A DNA stretch of 64,000 nt, taken from positions 595,211 through 659,210 of the forward strand of contig CBDCSK010000015.1 in NCBI GenBank assembly GCA_965221605.1. Reading direction: 5' to 3'. The notes under the pieces were generated by a model. That model had not been told where the DNA came from and did no database searches. It saw only the letters and a list, made by a program, of their open reading frames with translations. This document shows positions 54,887 through 63,277 of the stretch, piece after piece. Every line of letters starts with the position of its first letter. The stretch's first letter is position 1. Source of the DNA: Candidatus Aldehydirespirator sp. Its GTDB lineage: Bacteria > Actinomycetota > Acidimicrobiia > Acidimicrobiales > Aldehydirespiratoraceae. A program made the translations under genes and the position numbers.

Positions 54887-56516
54887 CGTTCCGGAACTCG
54901 TTCCGGCTCGGATGATCAACGAGTTCGAGTACTGCCCGCGGCTGTTCTACCTGGAGTGGGTGCAGTCGCGCTTTGAGCACAATCAGGACACGATGGAGGG
55001 CATATACGTCCATCGGGCCGTCGATGCCGGCGGGGGCAGGATGGGCGAGGCTGGCGATCCGCCGTTCAGGAAGGCCAGGTCTGTCGAGCTGAGCTCTCAG
55101 CGGCTCGGGCTGATAGCGAAGGCCGACATCGTCGAGCAGCGGGACGGCAAGGTCGTGCCCGTCGAGGTCAAGAGGGGCCGTCCGCCTCTGCACGGGCCCG
55201 CCTGGATGCCCGAGAAGGTGCAGCTTTGCACGATCGGGCTCCTGCTGCGCGACAACGGCTACCAATGCGCGGAGGGTCAGATCTACTTCGCCGAGACCCG
55301 CAAGCGGACCACGATCCCCCTCGACGACATGCTGGTGGCGCACACGCTCCAGCTCGTCGAGCAGCTCCGCGAGGTCGCGTCTGATCCCCGTGCCCCGCCG
55401 CCGCTGGTGGACAGCCCGAAGTGCCCGAGATGCTCGCTGGTGGGCATCTGTCTGCCCGACGAGACGAACCTCCACGCAGGCCGGAGCATGGCTGCTCCCC
55501 GCCGTCTCACGCCGCGCGACTCGGCGGCGCGTCCGCTGTATGTGACCGAGCAGGGCGCCCGGGTCGGCATCCGCTCCGGCCGCGTCGTGGTCAGCAAGAA
55601 CCGCGAGGAGCTCCAGCAGCTCCGCCTCATCGACGTCTCGCAGATCTCGCTCTACGGCAACGTCCAGGTGAGCAGCCAGATGATGCGGGCCGCGTTCCGC
55701 GAGGGGATACCGGTCTGCTGGTTCTCCTACGGAGGGTGGTTCCAGGGCATTGCCGAGGGGCTGCCGTCCAAGCATGTGGACCTACGCCGCCGCCAGGTAG
55801 CGATCGCGGCTCAAGCGGGCCTGCCGATCGCCCAGTCGATGATCGAGGGCAAGCTGCGGAACTCGCGGACATTCCTGAGGCGCAACGCCCGCTCCGACGT
55901 CAAGACGGTGCTGGAGCAGCTCAAGTCGCTGGCTGACGCCGTGGGCAACAGCGAGTCGATCGAGAGCTTGTTGGGAATGGAGGGCACCGGTGCCCGTCTG
56001 TACTTCTCGCGGTTCTCCTCGATGATCCGCGACCAGAGCCTGGGGCACTTCGACTTCAACGGACGCAATCGACGACCGCCCAAGGATCCCGTCAACTGCC
56101 TGCTGTCGTACGTGTATGCGCTCCTCACGAAGGATCTGACCGCGGTGGCCATCGCCGTCGGGTTCGACCCGTACCTGGGGGTCTTTCACCGGCCGCGGTT
56201 CGGCCGGCCGGCGTTGGCGCTGGACCTCGCTGAAGAGTTCCGCCCGCTGGTCGCCGAGTCGGTGGTGATCAACGTCATCAACAACGGCGAGATCAGCGAG
56301 AGGGACTTCCTGACCCGGGCCGGAGGGGTCGCGCTCACCCAGGACGGCAGGCGATCGGTGCTCGCCGCCTACGAGCGAAGGCTCGATACCGAGGTCACTC
56401 ATCCCACGTACGGGTATCGGATCACCTATCGGCGTGTCTTCGAGGTCCAAGCCCGTGTGCTGGCCGCCCATCTGCTGGGGGAGGTCCCCTGCTACACCCC
56501 CTTCATGACCAGGTAG
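54879..56516 (+). CDS. cas1: Cas4-Cas1 fusion protein
   Basis: N-terminal RecB-like Cas4 (INEFEYCPRLFYLEW...CPRCSLVGICLP Cys cluster) followed by Cas1 (YVTEQGARVG...GMEGTGARLYF...DLAEEFRP). The GTG overlaps the upstream stop (GTGACTGA). Confidence 0.9.
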   Translation: MTDVPELVPARMINEFEYCPRLFYLEWVQSRFEHNQDTMEGIYVHRAVDAGGGRMGEAGDPPFRKARSVELSSQRLGLIAKADIVEQRDGKVVPVEVKRGRPPLHGPAWMPEKVQLCTIGLLLRDNGYQCAEGQIYFAETRKRTTIPLDDMLVAHTLQLVEQLREVASDPRAPPPLVDSPKCPRCSLVGICLPDETNLHAGRSMAAPRRLTPRDSAARPLYVTEQGARVGIRSGRVVVSKNREELQQLRLIDVSQISLYGNVQVSSQMMRAAFREGIPVCWFSYGGWFQGIAEGLPSKHVDLRRRQVAIAAQAGLPIAQSMIEGKLRNSRTFLRRNARSDVKTVLEQLKSLADAVGNSESIESLLGMEGTGARLYFSRFSSMIRDQSLGHFDFNGRNRRPPKDPVNCLLSYVYALLTKDLTAVAIAVGFDPYLGVFHRPRFGRPALALDLAEEFRPLVAESVVINVINNGEISERDFLTRAGGVALTQDGRRSVLAAYERRLDTEVTHPTYGYRITYRRVFEVQARVLAAHLLGEVPCYTPFMTR

Positions 56517-56520
56517 GACT

Positions 56521-56820
56521 ATGGCCGCTGGAAGGACGCGCTATTTGGTGAGCTACGACATCAGCGACGCCAAACGGCTCAGGCAGGTGCACAAGACCAT
56601 CAAGGCCTATGGCTGGCCGATGCAATACAGTGTCTTCATCTGCGATCTCGATTCCGTCGAGCTGCTGGTCCTGAAGCAGGAGGTGGGTACGATCATCCAC
56701 CACGGTGAGGATTCCGTCGCCTTCGTGAATCTCGGTCCTCCAGCCAACCGGGGCCGGGAGTGCTTCGACTTCATGGGGATCCGGTCGGAGCTCCCGACCT
56801 CTGGTCCCACGATCATCTGA
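56521..56820 (+). CDS. cas2: Cas2
   Basis: 99 aa. YLVSYDISDAKRLRQVHKTIKAYGWPMQYSVF is the typical Cas2 N-terminal beta-alpha motif. Confidence 0.9.
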   Translation: MAAGRTRYLVSYDISDAKRLRQVHKTIKAYGWPMQYSVFICDLDSVELLVLKQEVGTIIHHGEDSVAFVNLGPPANRGRECFDFMGIRSELPTSGPTII

Positions 56821-56990
56821 TGCGAGCGCTAGGTTGAGCCCCCGAGTCCCAAGGACCGCTCGAAGCCTTGCGGCGCAAGGCAAACCGCAGCTTGACAATT
56901 CACCGAACGGACCTTCGAAGCCCTTCGCTTCTTGCACCGCTCGCAAGGCTCCGCGAAAGGGGAGTTCAGAGACCCCGAATCAAGCAAGCG

Positions 56991-57340
56991 GTTTGGCCGG
57001 GCAATTGCCCGGCCCTCCATTGAAGGGACGACTTCGCGCTTGGAGAACAGACGACCGGGCGCGTTTGGCCGGGCAATTGCCCGGCCCTCCATTGAAGGAT
57101 GACCGGAGCCGCTGCCAGCGGGTTTGGCCGCAATTGCCCGATTGAAGGCTGCCATTCTCGCGTTTGGCCGGGCAATTGCCCGGCCCTCCATTGAAGGCAC
57201 CCCCAGATGGACGCGACGCTGCGAAAGCTGCTGGTTTGGCCGGGCAATTGCCCGGCCCTCCATTGAAGGCTCGCCGGCCTCGACAGGGTCGCCTCCGCGG
57301 TGGGGTTTGGCCGGGCAATTGCCCGGCCCTCCATTGAAGG
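56991..57340 (+). CRISPR. CRISPR array, repeat family A (36 nt: GTTTGGCCGGGCAATTGCCCGGCCCTCCATTGAAGG), 5 intact plus 1 internally deleted repeat
   Basis: Intact repeats at 56991-57026, 57063-57098, 57162-57197, 57234-57269 and 57305-57340. Degenerate 27-nt repeat at 57122-57148. Spacer lengths 36, 23, 13, 36 and 35 nt. Confidence 0.9.
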
Positions 57341-57353
57341 ATGGTCCTGGGAT

Positions 57354-57462
57354 GCCCGGCCCTCGGGCCGGGCGAGGATTGAAACAGGCGTGGATCCTGT
57401 TGTGGCTTCCATCGATCCGAAGGTGCAGCGCCCGGCCCTCAGGGCCGGGCGAGGATTGAAAC
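57354..57462 (+). CRISPR. CRISPR array, repeat family B (core GCCCGGCCCTC(A)GGGCCGGGCGAGGATTGAAAC), 2 repeats
   Basis: Cores at 57354-57385 and 57430-57462, differing by one loop nucleotide. About 40-44 nt lie between them. Only 13 nt separate the last A repeat from the first B core. Confidence 0.8.
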
Positions 57463-57606
57463 TCGGTCGCCTTGCATGACTTCCTGCCGGCCTCACTTTG
57501 GCTCGGTCGCGAACGTTGGCAGAAGAGAAACTGATCACCGCCAGCCGCTTGATCCAGTCGCTTATACTTTTGTCTTAGAAACTGTAAACACACTCGGGAA
57601 GTCACC

Positions 57607-59385
57607 ATGACCTTTCAGTTTCTGGGGCCCGACCCGCTGGAGCACCAGATCACCGAGACGCTGCGGCGCCTGTCCGAGGGGCGACCCCCGGCTCAGATCG
57701 AGAGCGCCCGGGTAGATGTCAAGGAGGAGCCGGGACGGCGCCAGGGCCGACGCGCGGTCCCCGGCGCGGAGAAGAACGAACGGGCGGCTGCCTATCTCGC
57801 CGGCGAGATGGCCTGCATGGCGAACACCGCCGGGGGCGGTGCGATCATCCTGGGAATCGCCGACGACGGCCAACGCATCGGCACCGTGCTCGACGCCCAG
57901 TGGCTGCGCGGCCGCATCTTCGAGCTCACCCGGAGGGAACTCACCGTGGACGTGCGCGAGGCCGTCCTTGACGGCTGCCGGATCCTGGTGCTCGCAACTC
58001 ACGAGGCAATTGCGCCTGTCCGTTACAAGGGGCGCATCAGGTGGCGCGTCGATGACAGCTGCGTGGAGGTCGACGCCTCGACATGGCACTCAGGCCGGCT
58101 GCATCGCACCGGGTTCGATTGGTCGGGCCAGCCGTCCGGCCACACGTTGGAGGACGTCCGGCCGGTTGCCGTGGAACTGGCGAGCCGATACCTGCGGTCG
58201 AGGGCAGGCCCCTCAGACTTGGAACTGGCGGAGGCTGCGCCGCCCGACCTGATCCGCCGGTTGAACCTGGTCGACGGCGAAGGCAGGCTCAGCAACGCCG
58301 GCAGCCTGCTGTTCGTGGCCACCCCCTGCATCGGCATCGACTACATGCGACGAGACGTGAGTGGCGGTGACAGCCGGCACCGGGTCCGTGGCTCGGGTCC
58401 GCTCCTTGAGCAGATCTTCGAGGCCGAGAGGGCCGGTGAGTCCGCCAACCCCACGTTCCATGTCGCACACGGGTTCGCTCACGGCCAGATGCGGGTGATC
58501 CCACCGAGAGCGCTGCGGGAGGCGATAGTCAACGGCGTCGTCCACCGCGACTGGTTGTCGCCGCAGCCCACCACGGTGGAGCACGTGGGCGAGACGCTGA
58601 CCGTCACCTCTCCGGGCGGCTTCGTCGGCGGCATCGGCCCCTCGAACATCATCTCCCATCCAGCGGTGCCGCGGCACCGCCGCCTGGCCGAGGCTGCGGC
58701 CTCTCTCGGCATCGCCGAACGCCAGGGCATCGGCATCGCGAGGATGACGCGCGACATGCTCGCAATGGGCCGGCCCCGGCCGGTGATCGAGGAGATTGCG
58801 GGACCCTACGTGCGCGTCACGCTGCTGGGCGGCGAGCCCGACCCGGAGATGGTCCGCCTGGTATCGGACATCGTGCCGCCAGAGCTGGCGGGATCGGTGG
58901 ACGCGCTGCTGCTGATCGACGAGTTGTGCGCCCGGGGCTGGGTCGATGCCGACGCGGGCGCCGCGCCCCTTCAGCGTTCGGTCGTCGAGGCCTCGGATGC
59001 GATCGAGCGGCTGGCGGCGGCCAGGCTCGGCGACGCGGGCGATGCGAGCGGTCGGCGACCGCTGGATCCTGCGCCGGGTGTGATCGCCGCCGTCACCGGC
59101 GCTCCGGCTGGCAGACACCCCGCGTACCGTCTCAGCGACGGGTCGCGGCATCGGATCGGCCACCGCTGCGCTCGGCTCCAATCGCCCGAGGGCCGAGACG
59201 AGCTCATCCTCGATTGGGCCAGAGGCCGGGGGCGGGTCTCGAGCACCGAGGTGGCCGACCTGATCGACGTCAGCGTCCCGACCGCTGGCCGCAGGCTCGC
59301 CGCCCTAGCAGCGGACGGGCTGCTCGCACCGTCCCGTCCGAACGGCGCCGGCCGAGGCTTCCACTACCTGCCATCGCCCGACTAG
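57607..59385 (+). CDS. AlbA_2 (Schlafen-like divergent AAA) plus HATPase_c_4-type putative DNA-binding/transcriptional regulator
   Basis: 592 aa. N-terminal VDVKEE...AGEMACMANTAGGGAIILGI (AlbA_2 pattern), central REAIVNGVVHRDW, C-terminal wHTH-like (STEVADLIDVSVPTAGRRLAAL). Confidence 0.7.
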   Translation: MTFQFLGPDPLEHQITETLRRLSEGRPPAQIESARVDVKEEPGRRQGRRAVPGAEKNERAAAYLAGEMACMANTAGGGAIILGIADDGQRIGTVLDAQWLRGRIFELTRRELTVDVREAVLDGCRILVLATHEAIAPVRYKGRIRWRVDDSCVEVDASTWHSGRLHRTGFDWSGQPSGHTLEDVRPVAVELASRYLRSRAGPSDLELAEAAPPDLIRRLNLVDGEGRLSNAGSLLFVATPCIGIDYMRRDVSGGDSRHRVRGSGPLLEQIFEAERAGESANPTFHVAHGFAHGQMRVIPPRALREAIVNGVVHRDWLSPQPTTVEHVGETLTVTSPGGFVGGIGPSNIISHPAVPRHRRLAEAAASLGIAERQGIGIARMTRDMLAMGRPRPVIEEIAGPYVRVTLLGGEPDPEMVRLVSDIVPPELAGSVDALLLIDELCARGWVDADAGAAPLQRSVVEASDAIERLAAARLGDAGDASGRRPLDPAPGVIAAVTGAPAGRHPAYRLSDGSRHRIGHRCARLQSPEGRDELILDWARGRGRVSSTEVADLIDVSVPTAGRRLAALAADGLLAPSRPNGAGRGFHYLPSPD

Positions 59386-59477
59386 CCAAGACGCCGGCGG
59401 CTGAGCCGTCCGGCTCGCTACCACGCGCCCGGGCGCTCGCTCGGGCTCCCGGGCTTGAAGTCGCGCGGTCTCGGCAT

Positions 59478-59822
59478 GCAGGAGGTGGCTCGCGCCGACA
59501 TCCCCCGCCTGGGCCGCACGACGCACCGGCCCGAGGCGGTGCTCGGGATGCTGGCGTCGCTGAGCCGCAACATCGCCACCACGGCCGCGGCCACCAACCT
59601 CTCCGAGGACATCGCGGGGGACGGCGCCCCGTCGCGCGCGGCCGTGGCCGCGTACCTGGAGGCGCTGAGACGGGTGTTCGTTGTGGAGGACCTGCCCGCC
59701 TGGGCCGTCCATCTGAGGTCGAGGGCGCGGCTCGAAGCCGCCGCGAGGTCGCTGACGAGGGCTTGCGACCAGATCGACACGGCCCGGGCGGGCGAGCCGG
59801 CCAAGAAGCTCGTGATCACCGC
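59478..59822 (+). pseudogene. Decayed DUF4143 ATPase paralog (lacks the P-loop domain; internal ~110-codon deletion)
   Basis: QEVARADIPRLGRTTHRPEAV...VFVVEDLPAWAVHLRSRARL joins directly to EAAARSLTRACDQID..GEPAKKLVITA. It is collinear with 43682-43945 plus 44210-44300 of paralog 2. Confidence 0.75.
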
Positions 59823-59850
59823 TCGTTCCTCCGGAGCCAAGCAACAGGTC

Positions 59851-59900
59851 CGCAAGAACAAAATGTTCCGCAGAAACAAAACATCCCGCAGAGAGGCGGC
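59851..59900 (+). repeat. 18-bp-phased direct repeats upstream of the AAA/wHTH ATPase gene
   Basis: CCGCAAGAACAAAATGT / CCGCAGAAACAAAACAT / CCGCAGAGAGGCGGCTA with CGCA cores at 59851, 59869 and 59887. The tract is AT-rich. Confidence 0.6.
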
Positions 59901-59956
59901 TAGACTGATGCCCGGCAGTCGTCCGTCCGTGGGCATAGCAGGAGGTTCGCCTAGCT

Positions 59957-61102
59957 GTGCGCTCTCCCAATCCGTTCTCCCCGTCGTTCGGAATCAGCCC
60001 ACCTGTCCTGGCGGGGAGACGGGACGTTCTCAACAGCTTCGACACCGTGTTCGACAGCGTTCGCAGCCCCAGCTACGCCACGCTGCTCTGGGGCCTCCGG
60101 GGCACAGGGAAGACGGTTCTGCTGAACGCGGTCGAGGACCGCGCCAGATCCGAGGGCTGGCTGGTCGTCTCGGCTGCGGCCGTCGGCCGCCGGGGACTGG
60201 TCGACCAGATCCGCCGCAAGGCGTCGAGGCTGCTCGCTTCGCTTCGGAGCGAGCACGAGGGTCCGCCGCGGCGCGCCGTCACCGGCGTGTCGATCATGGG
60301 CACGGGAGTCCAGGTCGAGGGTGCGCCTGCGTCGGATCATGCCGAGCCTGCGACCGCCGACCTGGAGACGACCCTGGCGGCGTTGGGGGAGTTGCTCGCT
60401 GAGCGCGGCACGGGGCTGCTGGTGACGATCGACGAACTGCATGTGAGCGAGACCGACGAGATCAGGGAGTTCGGCAGCGTCTTCCAGCTTGTGTCGCGCC
60501 GGGCGGAGCGGCCGGTGGCGTTCGTGGGCGCGGCGCTGCCGGAGTTGGAGGACCGGCTGATGGCCGGTGATGCCAGCACGTTCCTGCAGAGGTGCCTCCG
60601 CCACGAGATCGGCAACCTGCGCCCGTCGGAGGCCGCGGTCGCGCTGCGAGAGCCGATCGAGGAGGCCGGCGGCCGAATCGGCCACGACGCGCTTCAAGTC
60701 GCGGTGGAGGCTTCCAGGGGCCAGCCGTACCTCGTGCAGCTGATCGGCTCGTACGTCTGGGACGACGCCGAGGACCTGGCCCGAGGAGTGACCGCTCACG
60801 AGGCCCGCCGCGCCATCGCCGATGCGACCGAGCAGTTCGGCCGACATGTTCACGGCCCGGTGTGGAATCGCCTGTCGGACCTCGACAAGAGGTTTCTGGC
60901 GTCGATGCTTGCCGACTCTTCGACCAGCGCGATTGCCGACATCGGCCGGCGCTGGGGACACAGCCCCCGCAGCCTCAGCACCTACCGCCAACGCCTGCTC
61001 GCCTCGGGGCTGATCACCTCCATCGGCCGCGGCCGGGTGGCCTTCGCAGACTCCACGGTGCGCCGGTATGTAGAAGCTCAAGCAGTCGTGGAGGGCTGGT
61101 AG
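59957..61102 (+). CDS. AAA-type ATPase (ORC/Cdc6-like or AAA_16-like P-loop) with C-terminal winged-helix domain
   Basis: 381 aa. Walker A GLRGTGKTVL, Walker B LLVTIDELH. C-terminal LDKRFLASMLADS..IADIGRRWGHSPRSLSTYRQRLLASGLI. Confidence 0.75.
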   Translation: MRSPNPFSPSFGISPPVLAGRRDVLNSFDTVFDSVRSPSYATLLWGLRGTGKTVLLNAVEDRARSEGWLVVSAAAVGRRGLVDQIRRKASRLLASLRSEHEGPPRRAVTGVSIMGTGVQVEGAPASDHAEPATADLETTLAALGELLAERGTGLLVTIDELHVSETDEIREFGSVFQLVSRRAERPVAFVGAALPELEDRLMAGDASTFLQRCLRHEIGNLRPSEAAVALREPIEEAGGRIGHDALQVAVEASRGQPYLVQLIGSYVWDDAEDLARGVTAHEARRAIADATEQFGRHVHGPVWNRLSDLDKRFLASMLADSSTSAIADIGRRWGHSPRSLSTYRQRLLASGLITSIGRGRVAFADSTVRRYVEAQAVVEGW

Positions 61103-61219
61103 CCGGGGGTCGGCGTGGGCGTTGCTATTGTGAGTTGTGATGTGTTTTGATGGTCTCCCGGTTGTGGGGCGGAGCGCCGGGGGGTAGTGTCGCCTGTGGC
61201 GAATCGGAGGTGCGCGCCT

Positions 61220-61933
61220 ATGGGTTCGATTGTGACGGGGCCTCCCAAGGTGGAGGTCTACTATCCGGAGGGGCCCCAGGTGCCGGAGGGGAATCTGCCG
61301 ACGCGGCGGCGCATGGAGTTGGTGATCGCGCTGCGGCACTGGTTCGACCGGCGCGGCGACGCCGGGGCGTGGGTGTGCTGTGACATCAACGTCTACTACA
61401 AGCAGGGCGACCCCAAAGTGGTGGTGGCGCCCGACGTGGCCGTGGCGTTCGGGGTGGACGCCGCCGCGCAGGAGACCGAGAGCACCTTCCGGGTGTGGGA
61501 TGCGGGCGCGGCACCGTGCTTCGCGCTGGAGATCGCGTCGCCGTCGACGGTGCGCGCCGACCTGCATGTGAAGCCGGCCAAGTACGCCGATTTGGGGGTG
61601 GAGGAGTACTGGCGGCTCGACCCCACCGGCGGGGAGCTGCTGGACCCGCCGCTACAGGGCGAGAGACGCGAGTCGGGGCGCTGGGCAGGGATCTACGTCG
61701 CCGCCGAGGCCGGCGGCGGGCTGCGGGCCCGCAGCGGCGTGCTGGGCCTGGACCTGTGCTGGCAGCCGCCCAAACTGCGGCTGTGGGACATCGCCGAGGG
61801 CGTGTGGCTCCCCGACCCCGACGACGACGTCTCCGCCCGGCTGGCCGCGGAGAGACGGGCGTCTGCCGCCGAGGCAGAGCTCGCCGAGATTCGAGCCCGC
61901 CTCCGCGGCACCCTCGAGGAGCCCAGCGAATAG
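61220..61933 (+). CDS. Uma2-family (DUF820) PD-(D/E)xK endonuclease-like protein
   Basis: ATG 61220 after GGAGG. Motifs VAPDVAV...ALEIASPST...KPAKYADLGVEEYW. Confidence 0.75.
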   Translation: MGSIVTGPPKVEVYYPEGPQVPEGNLPTRRRMELVIALRHWFDRRGDAGAWVCCDINVYYKQGDPKVVVAPDVAVAFGVDAAAQETESTFRVWDAGAAPCFALEIASPSTVRADLHVKPAKYADLGVEEYWRLDPTGGELLDPPLQGERRESGRWAGIYVAAEAGGGLRARSGVLGLDLCWQPPKLRLWDIAEGVWLPDPDDDVSARLAAERRASAAEAELAEIRARLRGTLEEPSE

Positions 61934-62048
61934 GCGCGTGCCGACCGTATCGCCGTCGTGGGCGCGGCCAGCGGGCGATGCGAATCTCGGCCCCTGAAGT
62001 GGCTGACGGCCCGGCTGAGACCTGGCTACGATCGATGACGGTGGCCCG

Positions 62049-63260
62049 ATGCCTGAGCCTCCGGTGAGCGAGCAGAGCATCTGGCGGGTGCTGCGCGACC
62101 TCGTGATGCCGGTATATGTGCCGTCGGTGGCCGGGACCCTGGGCATCGGGATGCTGGTGCCGGTCCTGCCCCTCTACCTGCGCGACCTCGGCATGAGCTT
62201 CAGCGAGGTGGCCGTGGTCCTGGGTGCGGTCGGGATCGGCGCCATGATCGGCGGCATCCCCTCGGGCTCCATCATGGCCCGCCACGACGAACGGGTGCTC
62301 ATGGCGATCTCCGTTGTCGTCATGGCGGCTACCACCGCGGTGTTCGGTCTGACCGCGGCCCTGGCTGCGCTGGTGGCGCTCAGGCTCGCCTACGGCGTGG
62401 GCAACATCGCACTCCGGCTCGCCGTCCAGACCTACGTTGCGGCAAGGGTGGGGGCGGGCGCCCGAGGCCGGGCCCTGTCGTTGATCGGAGGGTCGTTCCG
62501 GTTCTCCCTGCTCGTCGGACCCCCTCTCGGCGGCTATCTGGCCGACACCATCGGCTTCGCCTGGACGTTCCTGGTGACCGGAGTGGTCACTGCCGCGGGG
62601 CTGGCCGGAGCGGTCGACCGCAGCTGGACCAGTCTCGGGGCCGGTCCGCCAACCGTCGAGCGGGTCCCGCTGTTCGCGGCCCTGTGGCGCCACCGGGGGT
62701 TGCTGGCCAAGGCCGGGACGGCATCGGGCCTTGTCATTGCGGTGCGTCAGGGCCGCTACGTGGCCCTGCCGCTGATCGCGGCCGAACTGGACTTGAGCCT
62801 GACCGCCATCGGGGGGCTGCTCGCGATCGGAACCGGGGCCGACCTGCTGCTGTTCCCGGTCTCGGGCTATCTGATGGACCGCTACGGGCGGCTCCACGCC
62901 ATCGTCCCGTCGTTCCTTCTGGTGACGGTGGGACTGGTGATCCTCGGCCTCGCCGGCACCGCGGCCGAGATCGCGCTCGCCGGAGCGGTGATGGGGGTAG
63001 GCAACGGGATCGGCGCGGGCACGATGCTCACCATGGCCAGCGATCTGGCCCCCGGCGAGGCCCGCGGTCAGGTGCTGTCCGGGCTGGCCGTGCTGCAGGA
63101 CACCGGCAGCCTTCTCGGTCCGCTGATCGTTGGCGTGGCCGCCGACGCGGCCGGCGTGGGGGCCTCGGCCTTCGCGCTGGCGGCCGTCATGGTGCTGGCA
63201 ACCGTCTGGCTCGTGGTCGTCGTGGGCGAGACCCGCGACACGCAGGCGGTCGGGCCCTGA
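62049..63260 (+). CDS. MFS transporter
   Basis: 403 aa, about 12 hydrophobic helices. MFS loop motif GYLMDRYGR. Confidence 0.85.
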   Translation: MPEPPVSEQSIWRVLRDLVMPVYVPSVAGTLGIGMLVPVLPLYLRDLGMSFSEVAVVLGAVGIGAMIGGIPSGSIMARHDERVLMAISVVVMAATTAVFGLTAALAALVALRLAYGVGNIALRLAVQTYVAARVGAGARGRALSLIGGSFRFSLLVGPPLGGYLADTIGFAWTFLVTGVVTAAGLAGAVDRSWTSLGAGPPTVERVPLFAALWRHRGLLAKAGTASGLVIAVRQGRYVALPLIAAELDLSLTAIGGLLAIGTGADLLLFPVSGYLMDRYGRLHAIVPSFLLVTVGLVILGLAGTAAEIALAGAVMGVGNGIGAGTMLTMASDLAPGEARGQVLSGLAVLQDTGSLLGPLIVGVAADAAGVGASAFALAAVMVLATVWLVVVVGETRDTQAVGP

Positions 63261-63277
63261 GTCAGGGCGCTCCGAGG

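Noticed and set aside
57463-57606. Alternative leader on the far side of the array (AT-rich 57540-57600), implying minus-strand transcription of the CRISPR.
   Set aside because: The ATTGAAAC/ATTGAAGG repeat 3' ends read on the plus strand, and cas2 lies directly upstream. Both favour plus-strand transcription from 56821-56990. The AT-rich tract is more simply the promoter of the 57607 gene.
56829-57608. ORFs of 100-259 aa running through the CRISPR array (56829..57608, 56966..57538, 56980..57318, 56834..57145, 57124..57459).
   Set aside because: Their translations are periodic (repeated FNGGPGNCPAK / SMEGRAIARPN peptides) because they read through the CRISPR repeats. They are not genes.
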